DNA of 64,000 nucleotides from Macrostomum lignano (Eukaryota), in the NCBI GenBank assembly GCA_002269645.1, contig NIVC01001072.1, forward strand, positions 186,001 to 250,000. The letters run 5' to 3'. Of this stretch, positions 22,894 through 34,500 are shown in pieces. Each line of letters starts with the position of its first letter. The first letter of the stretch is position 1. The notes under the pieces are model-generated. The model was given only the letters and a program-made list of their open reading frames with translations. It was not told the DNA's origin and did no database searches. A program made the position numbers and the translations under genes.

Positions 22894-23987
22894 CTATTAA
22901 TATCATAAGTTCTAATAACTCATAAGTCATAGGCCTAAGATAAGTATAATTATATATATACTAAAACTGATAACGTTAGTTCATTCTCTTCATTGTTATT
23001 GTAGTAGATAAATAATGATATTAAGAGGTTATTTTCTTTAGAATAAATAGTATCTGAAAATATTTCAGTATAATAATTCAGGACAGTCTTCAAAGTTCAA
23101 AGCATGCAAACATTGCAAGAGCGAAATGTGGTAAAATTTTCGTTTGAAATTTGTCCGTTATAAGAAATACTATTCATAAAAATATTCGCTATGATTTTCG
23201 TCTCAACAGACTAAGCAAAAACATAATATATTTCCTTTTTATTTTTTCCATCTTTCGATTTAAGCAATTCTATTTTTCTTACACTAGTCAAAAAAGTTGC
23301 TTTTTTCTTTAACGTCGGTTGAACGTCCATAAGACTTATAAAACTAACCAAAAGAACTGCCCGACCAAACCGACCAATTTAGACCTAAATATGACGTCAG
23401 TTCGACGTCTGGTGGTTCATTGGGATGTGGCTAACATGTTTTCATTTTCACTAATTTTTGAAAAAAAATAAACAGGTCGCACGGGGAAAACATTTTAAGG
23501 AAATTTTCCAGAAAAATAAGTTGTCAAACACGGGTAAAGGTTTGAATTGGCGAAAAAGTTCCCGAAAGATAGCGCATATTTCTACCAATTCTAACAAATT
23601 TCAATTTCAGTATGATGAGTCATGGCAATATATCTTAAATATATCTTTATTGAAAAACCTAAAGATAGTAATATTCTCAAGAGATCACGAAATTTAAACA
23701 AAATTTTGACAATTTATGTAAAGCTTTGAGGCATCGAATTGCAAAAAAACATCAACTTTTGCCTTGTTGTACCAACCGCGATAGTGAACCCACAAGTCGT
23801 GCCCCAGTCCGCTGACTCGCGAGTTATCTACTCATATTTTTTATTAATGACTTATTATTAATATTAATATTAATATTAATTAATATTAATTAGTTTATAT
23901 AATATTAATAATAATAATCGTTAAATTAATTATTAATTAGAATTAATATTATTTATTTATGATTAATGACTTCGATTTAATATAGTG

Positions 23988-24776
23988 TTACAACGCCTCC
24001 GATACCTCCTCGAACCAACTATCGTATCTGGCATTCTCTTTCTGCTGCTGCAGCTCTTGCTGCTCCTGCTCCTGCTGCTGCTGCGGGTCACCCTCTGTCT
24101 CGGAGTCTCTCCCACTGACCCCCGGTGTCGAAGCCCTGCTCCGCCTGGTGTCCCGCAACTCCATGGCCACCTCGTAGCGATCCGCCTCCCTGCCGCCGAT
24201 AGTCGACGCCATCGTCAAGTTGTCGTACTGACCGACGTCCTGCTCGCATACGTCGAAACTTTCGTCGCCAATCTGAGTCTCAATTTGACGAGGCGAAACA
24301 ACCACGGAGGATTTCGTTGAAGTGGACGGCTTGAAGGTTGTCAACTGGGCCGTGACGGTTGGTCGCAACGGCGGGTGCTGCGGATGATCGTGATGCTGCT
24401 CCATGTTCCATTTCCGGCTGAGGAACTCCAGAAACTGGCTGGCGGTGTGCCGCATCTCCGTTCCCGGAGGCTGAGAGCGAACTATTGACGCAGTTTGCAC
24501 TGTTGGCTCAAGAACGTCGACATTGATGTACAGCGGATCAGCGACGCTGGACAGTCTCGGTTCAACTGGCTTCTTCTGCGTCTCCGGCCTCTGCAGAGGC
24601 GCGTCGATCACAGTTTTGCCCTTCGGTATGGTCGACGGTTGCGGCCGCGGCTGCTTGCGAGTTTCCCGACGATGCTCTGTGGCTGTGCGCCGGAACCAGG
24701 CGAAGTGACAGACGACGATCGTTACTACTAGTAGTGCGGCCGCCATTAACGACAAGATTAGGGCCACGATTATCAT
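23988..24776 (-). CDS. Single-pass membrane protein with a long Tyr-motif cytoplasmic tail (262 aa; may be the last exon of a larger gene)
   Basis: Hydrophobic IIVALILSLMAAALLVVTIVVC followed by WFRR; YINV, YDNL, YEVA and YDSW motifs; polyQ/E near the C-terminus; phase-1 acceptor (ttccag) about 40 nt upstream of the ATG. Confidence 0.6.
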   Translation of the reverse strand: MIIVALILSLMAAALLVVTIVVCHFAWFRRTATEHRRETRKQPRPQPSTIPKGKTVIDAPLQRPETQKKPVEPRLSSVADPLYINVDVLEPTVQTASIVRSQPPGTEMRHTASQFLEFLSRKWNMEQHHDHPQHPPLRPTVTAQLTTFKPSTSTKSSVVVSPRQIETQIGDESFDVCEQDVGQYDNLTMASTIGGREADRYEVAMELRDTRRSRASTPGVSGRDSETEGDPQQQQEQEQQELQQQKENARYDSWFEEVSEAL

Positions 24777-24949
24777 CGGAGCGAAGGGAACGGTTGATGA
24801 GGCCGCCTGGGCTGATGCTGGAATTCAAGGATAGTATAGTAGATTTAGTAGACTATTAGTATCAGGTGAGACTGTGTGGGTGACTGGTAGAGGTGTCATT
24901 GGGGTAGAGTAGCGTCAAGAGGCAGAGTAGACAGTAGAGTAGTATCAGG

Positions 24950-25220
24950 GGGGAGGCTATCTAGCAAGTAGAGTAGTGTCAAGCAGGAGGCAGAGTAGGC
25001 AGTAGAGTAGTGTCAGGGTGGAGGTAGAGTAGGCAGTAGAGTAGTGTCAGGGTGGAGGTACAGTAGGCAGTAGAGTAGTGTCAGAGTGGAGGTAGAGTAG
25101 GCAGTAGAGTAGTGTCAGGGTGGAGGTAGAGTAGGCAGTAGAGTAGTTTCAGGTGGATGTAGAGTAGGCAGTAGAGTAGTGTCAGGGTGGAGGTAGAGTA
25201 GGCAGTAGAGTAGTGTCAAA
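24950..25220. repeat. About 34-bp minisatellite
   Basis: Unit gtagagtaggcagtagagtagtgtcagggtggag, about 6-7 copies. Confidence 0.85.
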
Positions 25221-25707
25221 CGAAATCAGTACAAGTGGTGTAAACAAACGAACTCGTTCGCACCTGGGCAGACCAGCAGAAGCAGCAGATTAGCAATTAG
25301 TTGCGGCAACATTTCCGATATAGCTAAATGAAAATTAAATTATAATCTATTTCTGTGCAACAGTCGGTACAATTTAATTCTATCGTTTTCTTATTCCTTA
25401 TGACCTTAAGCAGCCGCAGAGGGTGCGCCAACCACCTTGCCTTGTAGTCGAATAGTTTGCCTTCCTTTTTTCTGTCTGTCTCTCTCTCTTTTAAGAAAAG
25501 AGAATGAGATGAAAAAATTTCAGGGTAGCTGCGGCAGTGGTGGATTAGAAGTTGTAGCAAGAGAAACTCCTGCACTGAATCGCCTTCTGACGAAGTGCTT
25601 TATTGGGCATTGTGTACGACATCATCTACCTAATACTGCGCAGAACAGTGGGTTCTTCATTCGGTAGTGCAGTAGCCAGGCGTGAGGGCAGCATCGGGGC
25701 CGTTGAG

Positions 25708-26396
25708 CAGTGGCGTTCTCAGAGTGGAGGCGCAGGGAGAGGGGGGGTCGCGACCACCCCAATCGCCCCCACAAAAGCTAAATGAAAGAGGCAAACCAAA
25801 GCAAGCGCTCGACCAAAGTGACAGGAGCTCCAAATTTTGCCACCTTTTTTACGTGGCATGCAGCAGCTTAGGTACCGACCACCTAGGGACAGGGGCGCCC
25901 ACCCAGAGACAGGGTTGTCCCCCAAGAGACAGGGCGCCTACCAAAAGACAGGGTTGTCCCCCAAGAGACAGGGTTGTCCCCCAAGAGACAGGGTTATCCA
26001 CCAAGAGACAGGGTTATCCACCAAGAGACAGGGTTATCCACCAAGAGACAGGGTTGTCCCCCAAGAGACAGGGTTATCCACCAAGAGACAGGGTTGTCCC
26101 CAAGAGACAGGGTTATCCACTAAGAGACAGGGTTGTCCCCCAGAGACAGGGTTATCCATTAAGAGACGGGTTGTCCCCCAAAAGACAGGGTTGTCCACCA
26201 AGAGACAGGGTTGTCCACCAAGAGACAGGGTTGTCCACCAAGAGGGAGGGTTGTACACCAAGAGACAGGAGCGCCCACCAAGAGATATCAACCAAAAGAC
26301 AGCTAGGAGCGCCCGCCCTATAAGATAGAGGCACCAACCAAGACACCAAATATAGTCGGCCCCTCTTATTGAAACTCTTGCATGCTTACGCCACTT
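25708..26396. mobile_element. hAT-type MITE carrying a 20-bp minisatellite
   Basis: Termini CAGTGGCGT...ACGCCACTT; TSD CCGTTGAG/CAGTTGAG (7/8); internal array ccaagagacagggttgtcc(a/c) at about 25900-26290. Confidence 0.75.
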
Positions 26397-28572
26397 CAGT
26401 TGAGCGTCTGTATACTGTTCATGAATTGCAGTTTTTTTTCTATTTATGCATTAGTCGGCCGCTGACGTGTTTTCACTATAACTGGCATTGAGCCAGTACA
26501 CAGTGTCTCATATTGTCTCTTACCCTTTTGTCTTGGCTCTATCTGACTATATACTCCCTACTGCTGTATAAAACGTACAGCATTTGCTCGAATAGCTAAA
26601 ATATAGTTTTTTTTGGGCGTGTCGAATAGTTTCTCGAGCTGATACGAGAGCTATATACTCGTAATAGTAGGTGTAATTTCGTGTACAATTATAGATGCCT
26701 GAAATGAATTTCGTTGGAATCTGTGTGCATGTAACTTATGCCTAATCTTCAAGGAGAATATCTTTTCTGTGTAAAATTTGCTAATTGCTGTAAATTAATT
26801 TCAATAGTAATATTCGGCAGGATACTGTAGTGCATGTACGCGTAGATTTATTAATTTTTCGATTTTGAAACGAAACGATTCAACTGCAATCATACATGTA
26901 TTAGATGCTATGTAAAAAATTACGTTAATAAATTACGTGAATGTAGTAAAATTTATCTAACATGCCTTCTTACATCTGAATAAACATGTACCTGTAAATA
27001 GTGACTCCAAGTGAAGTGGAAGCTCGATTAACGTTTTCATGGACTACGTACGCTTACACGGTAGCTGCTGCATATGTCATCAGCCCTCATGCAGCTCAAC
27101 AATCTATGGCGCACTACAACAGCTGGACGTGACTGGTTTGTCGACGTGCTCTGCGTAGCGGACGGCATTGAGGCAGCGAGAATTGAGACAACGAATTAGA
27201 AACTTCTCTGATGTCAGCGATGTCGGTATAATATATCTGCCGACGAATAGATATCTGATAGGATCTGTGGCCTCTTCGTCATTGCTTGGGCTGCCTTCTG
27301 TTTCAAGAGGTTGAGGTACTATAAAGTATTAGTTTCTGCTCCAAGACGCTGAGGGGTGGGCTCGAATAGAAATTGTTGACAAAGAGCACGAGCTGACAGC
27401 TGCTGCAAGTAGAAGCTGATTTCTAGTTCTGGATCATCATGCAATGCTTTATTCACTCAAATTCATTAATGCACAAGTTTAGGCTTTAAGTCCTTTTACT
27501 TGAAAGATAAAGCTAAGAAAATGTAGCTAAAAATCAGTTAGTTAACTAAACAGTAAACTAAACTCAAGAAAATGTATGTATATAAACCCGTCGACAATAA
27601 GTTTGTTAAAGATTTAAACAAACTCCTCAGGTTTTAAAATTGACAAAGCAAAACCAGCAGCAAAAAGACTAAGCTCAGCTTTTTATTTTGTTCTTGCTAA
27701 AGTTTTGGTATCATTTAGCTAATTGGCACAAAAACCCACGGTAAATAATGCTACTGAAATAACTTTTGATTTTAAGAATTCGACATTTTTTCTACGTTAA
27801 TGGTTTGTGTGGGCGACGGCGTGCATGTGTTCTTCATCTACATTGTTATTGTTATTTGTTAATTAACGAATCGCTTCTTTACTTCTTTCAAACAACAAGT
27901 TTTCATTAGTTTCAAAAAATTAGCAAACGCTGGGAATAATGCGTAGAGTTTTCTTATCTTACAACCATTCCTATTTATGTTGTTTTCATATGTTACTTCT
28001 ATCTATTGAGAAATATTGCGCAAGCGCAACCCACTGGCAGACAGCTTGCATAGTTTAGCTCAAAAACAAAAGACCTTAATACTTTTCTTAAATAAATTCA
28101 TATTTGGCTCCTGGTTTGACATTTGCAACTGTCATTCTATCTAATGTTTTAACTGTAACAAGACTGTTGTTAATAGTTTTATCAGATTTTTACCAATCGG
28201 GTAATTAAGTAAAGTCAAGCCAGTAAAGCATGAAACCAACAGTATAGCTTTTTAAAATTAACTTTTTATATTTGGAGTAGAAATATGATTAGATTCAAAA
28301 TGCACAACTTTCAATTCATTCATTCAAATCAGCAGTATTGTTTTTAATTGACTAATTAGAACATGTTGATTAAAATGCTCCAAAATGAAAAAAAACCTAT
28401 TTAAACTAGTTATTTCTATAAAAAATGAAAATATTTAACTCAAATTAAGAGCTAGTTTTATCATTTTGTCTTTTTATATTATATGTTTTATCTTTTGTCT
28501 CACTTTATCATTTTAAAACATGACTTTTGTTTTGCTGTGATTTATTCAATAAATTTTTTATTGACACTTCAG

Positions 28573-31500
28573 ATGGATTCAAAGCGCAAGAAAGCACCCC
28601 GTCCAAAGTCGACTGATCCATCGAGCAGGCAGCTCTGGTTGCTGGCCATGAAGGAGGGCAAAACTGGAACTGGTGAGCTGACTAATAAAAAGTTATCCAT
28701 TTTGTTGTCAAACACCCACTACTGAAAATTCTTAAGATTGATTCCAACAATAAAATGTCAGTGTAATATAAATAATACTGTAAGGTCAGTAAACGTCTTG
28801 AGCACTTTAGGGAGAAGCGAAACTTTAGTTAGAAAATTGGATCCTCTCTGATATGTGTCTCTGGTGTCTAATGAGTGTTTCTGGTGTCTAATGAGTCTCT
28901 GGTCAATGAGTGTCTCTGGTGTCTAATGAGTGTCTTTGGTGTCTAATGAGTGTGTCTTTGGTGTCTAATGAGTGTGTCTGGTGTCTAATGAGTGTGTCTT
29001 TGGTGTCTAATGAGTGTTTCTGGTGTCTAATGAGTGTCTCTGGTGTCTAATGAGTCTTTGGTGCCTAATAAGTGTTTCTGGTGTCTAATGAGTGTCTCTG
29101 GTGTCTAATGAGTGTGTCTTTGGTGTCTAATGAGTGTCTCTGGTGTCTAATGAGTGTGTCTTTGGTGTCTAATGAGTGTTTCTGGTGTCTAATGAGTGTC
29201 TCTGGTGTATAGTAAGTGTCTCTGGTGTCTAATTGGTGTCTCTGGTGTCTAATGAGTGTTTCTGGTGTCTAATGAGTGTCTCTGGTGTCTAATGAGTGTC
29301 TCTGGTGTCTAATGAGTGTCTCTGGTGTCTAATGAGTGTCTATGGTGTCTAATGAGTGTCTCTGGTGTATAGTAAGTGTCTCTGGTGTCTAATTGGCGTC
29401 TCTGGTGTCTAATGAGTGTCTCTGGTGTCTAATTGGTGTCTCTGATTCCAAAAAGATGTCTCTGGTGCCTATCGAGAGCCCCGAATTATCCTAAAAGATA
29501 AAATCTAAGATAAGAGCTGTTTATGCGTGTGTTTATTTAAAAAAGATACCAGATAGAAATTATATTATAAAGTTTACAAAATGCAAAAAATGTTGTGCTC
29601 AAAAACCCGCCACAGGTGCGAACAAAGGCTCACTAGGCCAGCAGTTGGATCCAACCGGTTTCACCAACTTGAAACTCAGCGGCCAAAAAGATGTTGGCTA
29701 TTTGAGTACGTCGCACTACCTCAGACAGGTGGCCGGTACAGAGAAGGTCACCCCGCGCCCAGACTCCGCCGCTGCAGGCAAAGCCTCTGGCGGACTCACC
29801 GGCCGACCGAACTACAAGTCTGCCGAGGAGTACTATGATGAGGTCATCGCTTTGAAACGGGTGAGCTCCAGCAGATAGTCTCTAGATCCCACTTCTTAGT
29901 GTCCTTCAGTCTCTAGATCCCACTTCCCACTGTCCATCAGACAGTCTCTAGATCCCGCTTTCCAGTGTCCTTCAGTCTCTAGATCCCACTTCTTAGTGTC
30001 CTTCAGTCTCTAGATCCCACTTCTTAGTGTCCTTCAGTCTCTAGATCCCACTTCCCACTGTCCATCAGACAGTCTCTAGATCCCACTTCCCAGTGTCCAT
30101 CAGTCTCTAGATCCCACTTCCCAGTGTCCTTTCAGAAAGTCTCTAGATCCCGCTTTCCAGTGTCCTTCAGTCTCTAGATCCCACTTCCCAGTGTCCTTCA
30201 GTCTCTAGATCCCACTTCCCACTTCCCAGTGTCCATCAGTCTCTAGATCCCACTTCCCACTGTCCATCAGACAGTCTCTAGATCTCACTTCCCATTGTCC
30301 ATCAGTCTCTAGATCCCACTTCTCAGTGTCCTTTCAGAAAGTCTCCAGATCCCACTTCCCAGTGTCCACCAGAAAGTCTCCAGATCCCACTTCCCAGTGT
30401 CCACCAGAAAGTCTCTAGATCCCACTTCCCAGTGTCCTTCAGACAGTCTCTAGATCCCACTTCCCAGTGTCCTTCAGACAGTCTCTTCTAGATCCCACTT
30501 CCAAATGTCCTTGTGAATCTTGCGTCCTAAAAAACACAAATAAATTAAAATTTAAACACAGGAACTCAAAGCCCTCCGCGCGGAGATGAGCTCGATGAAG
30601 TCAAAGAACCGTCGCCTAGAAGAAGACTACCAGAAGCGCGAGAAGCAGCTGGAGAGTCTGTTCGATCCGACAAAAAACGCCGAACTCAGACGGGCTCTGG
30701 CTGATAAAAACGGCGAATCCGCCCTGGTAGTGCAGAGTTTGAAGCAGCGAATCTTCAAACTCGAACAGCAGCTGAGAGACAAAGAGTCAGCTTTAAACAA
30801 ACTTCAAAGCGATATGAAAGTGACAAAGACTGCCGAAATGAAGACCCAATTAGAAGTGCTGTACAAGGAGATTGTGAGGCTGCGCAGCGCCAATCCAGCG
30901 GACGTGCTGTACTCAAATGAGCAGCCAGGTGGAGCCGGCATTGATCAGGTAGGTTTTACCGATATGTTGTGTAAATAACTTTAATAATTCTAGGTTAACC
31001 AAATTGATGCATTGTTGCGGAGTTATTTTAAATTGTCAGCTCTTAACAAGCGCCATTTTTAAGTCCCACGGCACTCTTTCGGAGTGGAGAGAGTGACGCC
31101 CTGCTTTGGTGTCATCTGACACTCCGATTTCGGCGCCTCTTGACACCTGACACTTTTGGCGCCTGCAGATGTTTTAATTGCCTGCCAACTGACAATATAT
31201 TACGGCGTTATTTTACCGCCGACTTAGCGACATCTGACGCCCTGTTCTAGCGCCAACTGACAACCTATTCTAATGATATCTGATACCCTATTTTAGCGCC
31301 ATCTGACATCCTTTTCTAGCGCCATCTGACACCCTATTCTAGCGCCATTTGAGACCCTATTTAGCGCCATCTGACACCCTATTCTAGCGCCAGCTGAAAC
31401 CCTATTCTAGCGCCATCTGACACCCTATTCTAGCGCCAGCTGAAACCCTATTCTAGCGCCATCTGACACTCTATTCTAGCGCGATCTGACACCCTATTCT

Positions 31501-34500
31501 AGCGCCATCTGAAACCCTATTCTAGCGCGATCTGACACCCTATTCTAGCGCCATCTGAAACCCTATTTTAGCGCCATCTGACACCCTTATTCTAGCGCCA
31601 TCTGACACCCTTATTCTAGCGCCATCTGACACCCTATTCTAGCGCCGCCGACTTTCTCGACACCCCGGCCTCTATTTAACCGCACCCATTATTTTCGCGC
31701 CTCTCGACACTCCAGGAGCAGATGCCGAAAAAGACCGCTCAAAAGTTGGACGCCCTGACAGCGACGCTGCGCAAGGTGACGGACCAGAAGAACGCCCTGG
31801 CCGCCGAGAATGCCCAGCTGAAAAAATCTGAAGCTTCGCTGCAGGAACAGCTGGACGAGTTGGAAGGCACCACAGCGATTCCGGGTTAGCTTTTTATTTC
31901 TACAGAATTTTACTGCTGACTTTATTAGCTGCTGCAGTAGCGTATGGCATCTGAAAATTAATAAGAAAAAATATTTATACAGAAAAGTAGGGTTTAGGAT
32001 CGGGTGAAAGATTCAGGATAGGTACAAGAACCAGGATGAGGTGTGCAAGATTCAAGATGTGATGTACAAGTTTTAGGATTACATATACAAGGTTCTGTAC
32101 AAGGTGTACAAGATTCAGAACTAGGTGTACGAAATTCAGGATGAGGTGTACAATATTCAGGATGAAGTGTACAATATTCAGGATGAGGTGTACAAGATAC
32201 AGGGTAAGGTGTACAAGATTTAGGATGAGGTGTACAATATTCAGGATGAAGTGTACAAGATTCAGGATGAGGTGTACAAGATTCAGGATGAGGTGTTCAA
32301 GATTTAGGATGAGGTGTACAATATTCAGGATGAAGTGTACAAGATTCAGGATGAAGTGTACAAGATTCAGGATGAGGTGTACAAGATTCAGGATGAGGTG
32401 TTCAAGATTTAGGATGAGGTGTACAATATTCAGGATGAAGTGTACAAGATTCAGGATGAGGTGTACAAGATACAGGGTAAGGTGTACAAGATTCAGGATG
32501 AGGTGTACAAGATTCAGGATGAGGTGTAAAAAAATTAGTGAGTTGTACAGGATTTAGGATAAGGTGTACAGGATTCGGAAAGGGGTGTACAAGATTCAGA
32601 TTGAATAAATATTTAGAATCATCTAGAGAATTCAATAATGAGTACTAGTGAAAAGGCAGCTTGACTCAAAATAAACATTAATCATCAACATCGTCTGTTG
32701 CAGAATCCTACCGCGATATGAACCGCAATCAGTTGCTAAGCAAGATTCGAACACTCGAACAAGAGAACGACCGTCTTCGAGTGGCTCCCATCGGCAGCGA
32801 AGATATTGTTAAAAGTGAGACAACAGGTTTTAAGACATTGTGTTGGTCTATTTTAGGAATGATTTATGAAAATAATTTTTTTGATTTATAGGAGTAAAAT
32901 AGATGAGACCTGGACAGAAAGCATAACTTTTTAATGGAGAATGGCTGACACTTAGAGTGACACGGAGAGTGACACGGAGAGTGACACGGAGAGTGACACG
33001 GGGAGCGACACGGAGAGTGACACGGAGTGACACGGAGAGTGACACGGGGAGCGACACGGAGAGTGACACGGAGTGACACGGAGAGTGACACGGGGAGCGA
33101 CACGGAGAGTGACACGGAGAGTGACACGGAGAGTGACACGGAGAGTGACTCGGAGAGTGACACAGAGAGTGACACGGAGGGTGATGCAGAGAGTGACACA
33201 GAGAGTGACACGGAGGGTGACATGGAGAGTGACGCAGAGAGTGACACGGAGAGTGACACGGAGAGTGACACAGAGAGTGACACGGAAAGTGACACGGAGA
33301 GTGACACGGAGAGTGACACGGAGAGTGACACGGAGAGTGACACGGAGAGTGACACGGAGAGTGACACTTAGAGCGTTTTGGAGAGTGACGCAGAGAGTGA
33401 CATGAAGATTGAAACAGAGAGTGACAGGAAGAGTGACGCAGAGTTCGTGCTAAGAGTGAGTGGAATGGTGAGTACAATATTTTATTCGAATCCCAAACCC
33501 AGGCAAAATATCCCTAACTGGTAACGTGCGCGAGAAACTTGAGCTGCTGGATCGCCGGGAAACCGAGCTGCTAAGCGAACTGGCCGCTAGAACGGACGCT
33601 AACAAGCGTCTGATGGAGGAGCGGGACTCTTACAAACTGCAGCTGCAGGAGGCAAAGTGAGTGTGCCATTAATTATCGGCTTGTCAATGTGCATTGGCGA
33701 TAGGGAGGCTTGTCAATGTACATTTAAAATAGAGACTTGTCATTGCACATTGGAGATAGGGAGGCTTGTCAATGTACATTGGCGATAGGGAGGCTTGTCA
33801 ATGTACATTGGAGATAGGGAGGCTTGTCAATGTACATTGGCGATAGGGAGGCTTGTCAATTTACATAGGAGATAGAGGCTTGGCATTGTACAGTATGGAA
33901 GTAGTGAGGCTTGTCAATGTACATTGCAGTAAGAAATTTTAAACTGAATGGTTTCTAAATAAAAATTCACTATTCTATACAGACGCGACATCGAACGGTT
34001 AAACTTTGAAAACGCCGGTCTATCTAAAGAGGTCGATCAACTGCGCGCCTCCGGAGGCGGCCCTGGCGCTGGCGCCGCCGCTTTTAGAGCTCCGTCGCCG
34101 TCGCCGCGACGCAACGACTTCGGCAAGGAGGCGTCGCCACCGCCTAGGGATGCTAATAAACGAGGCGCAGTTCGACAGGACAGGTGAGAGACGTAAATTG
34201 AGATACCAGATGTACATGAAGGAGGCTTGTGAATCAACATTGAGATAGTACAATCAACTATGAGATAGTGAGGCTTGTCAATGTACATTGGCGATAGAGA
34301 GGCTTGTCAATGTACATTGGCGATAGAGAGGCTTGTCAATGTACATTGGCGATAGAGAGGCTTGTCAATGTACATTGGCGATAGAGAGGCTTGTCAATGT
34401 ACGAGCGTACATTGGTGATAAGGAGGTTTGTGAATGTACATTTGAGATAGGGAGGCTTGTCAATGTACATCAGAGATAAGAAGGCTTCTCAATGTACATA

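Larger units (their letters stand above)
16381..23424 (-). mobile_element. EnSpm/CACTA (CMC superfamily) DNA transposon, apparently full length (7044 bp)
   Basis: Termini CCCAGACAACCAC...GTGGTTCATTGGG (imperfect TIR); 2-bp TSD AT at 16379-80 and 23425-26; many subterminal ACGTC motifs at both ends; two co-oriented internal genes. Confidence 0.85.

Noticed and set aside
27050-27450. GC-richer block that might be an upstream exon of the membrane-protein gene or of IQCE
   Set aside because: All frames are interrupted within about 50 codons and no phase-compatible splice pair could be established.
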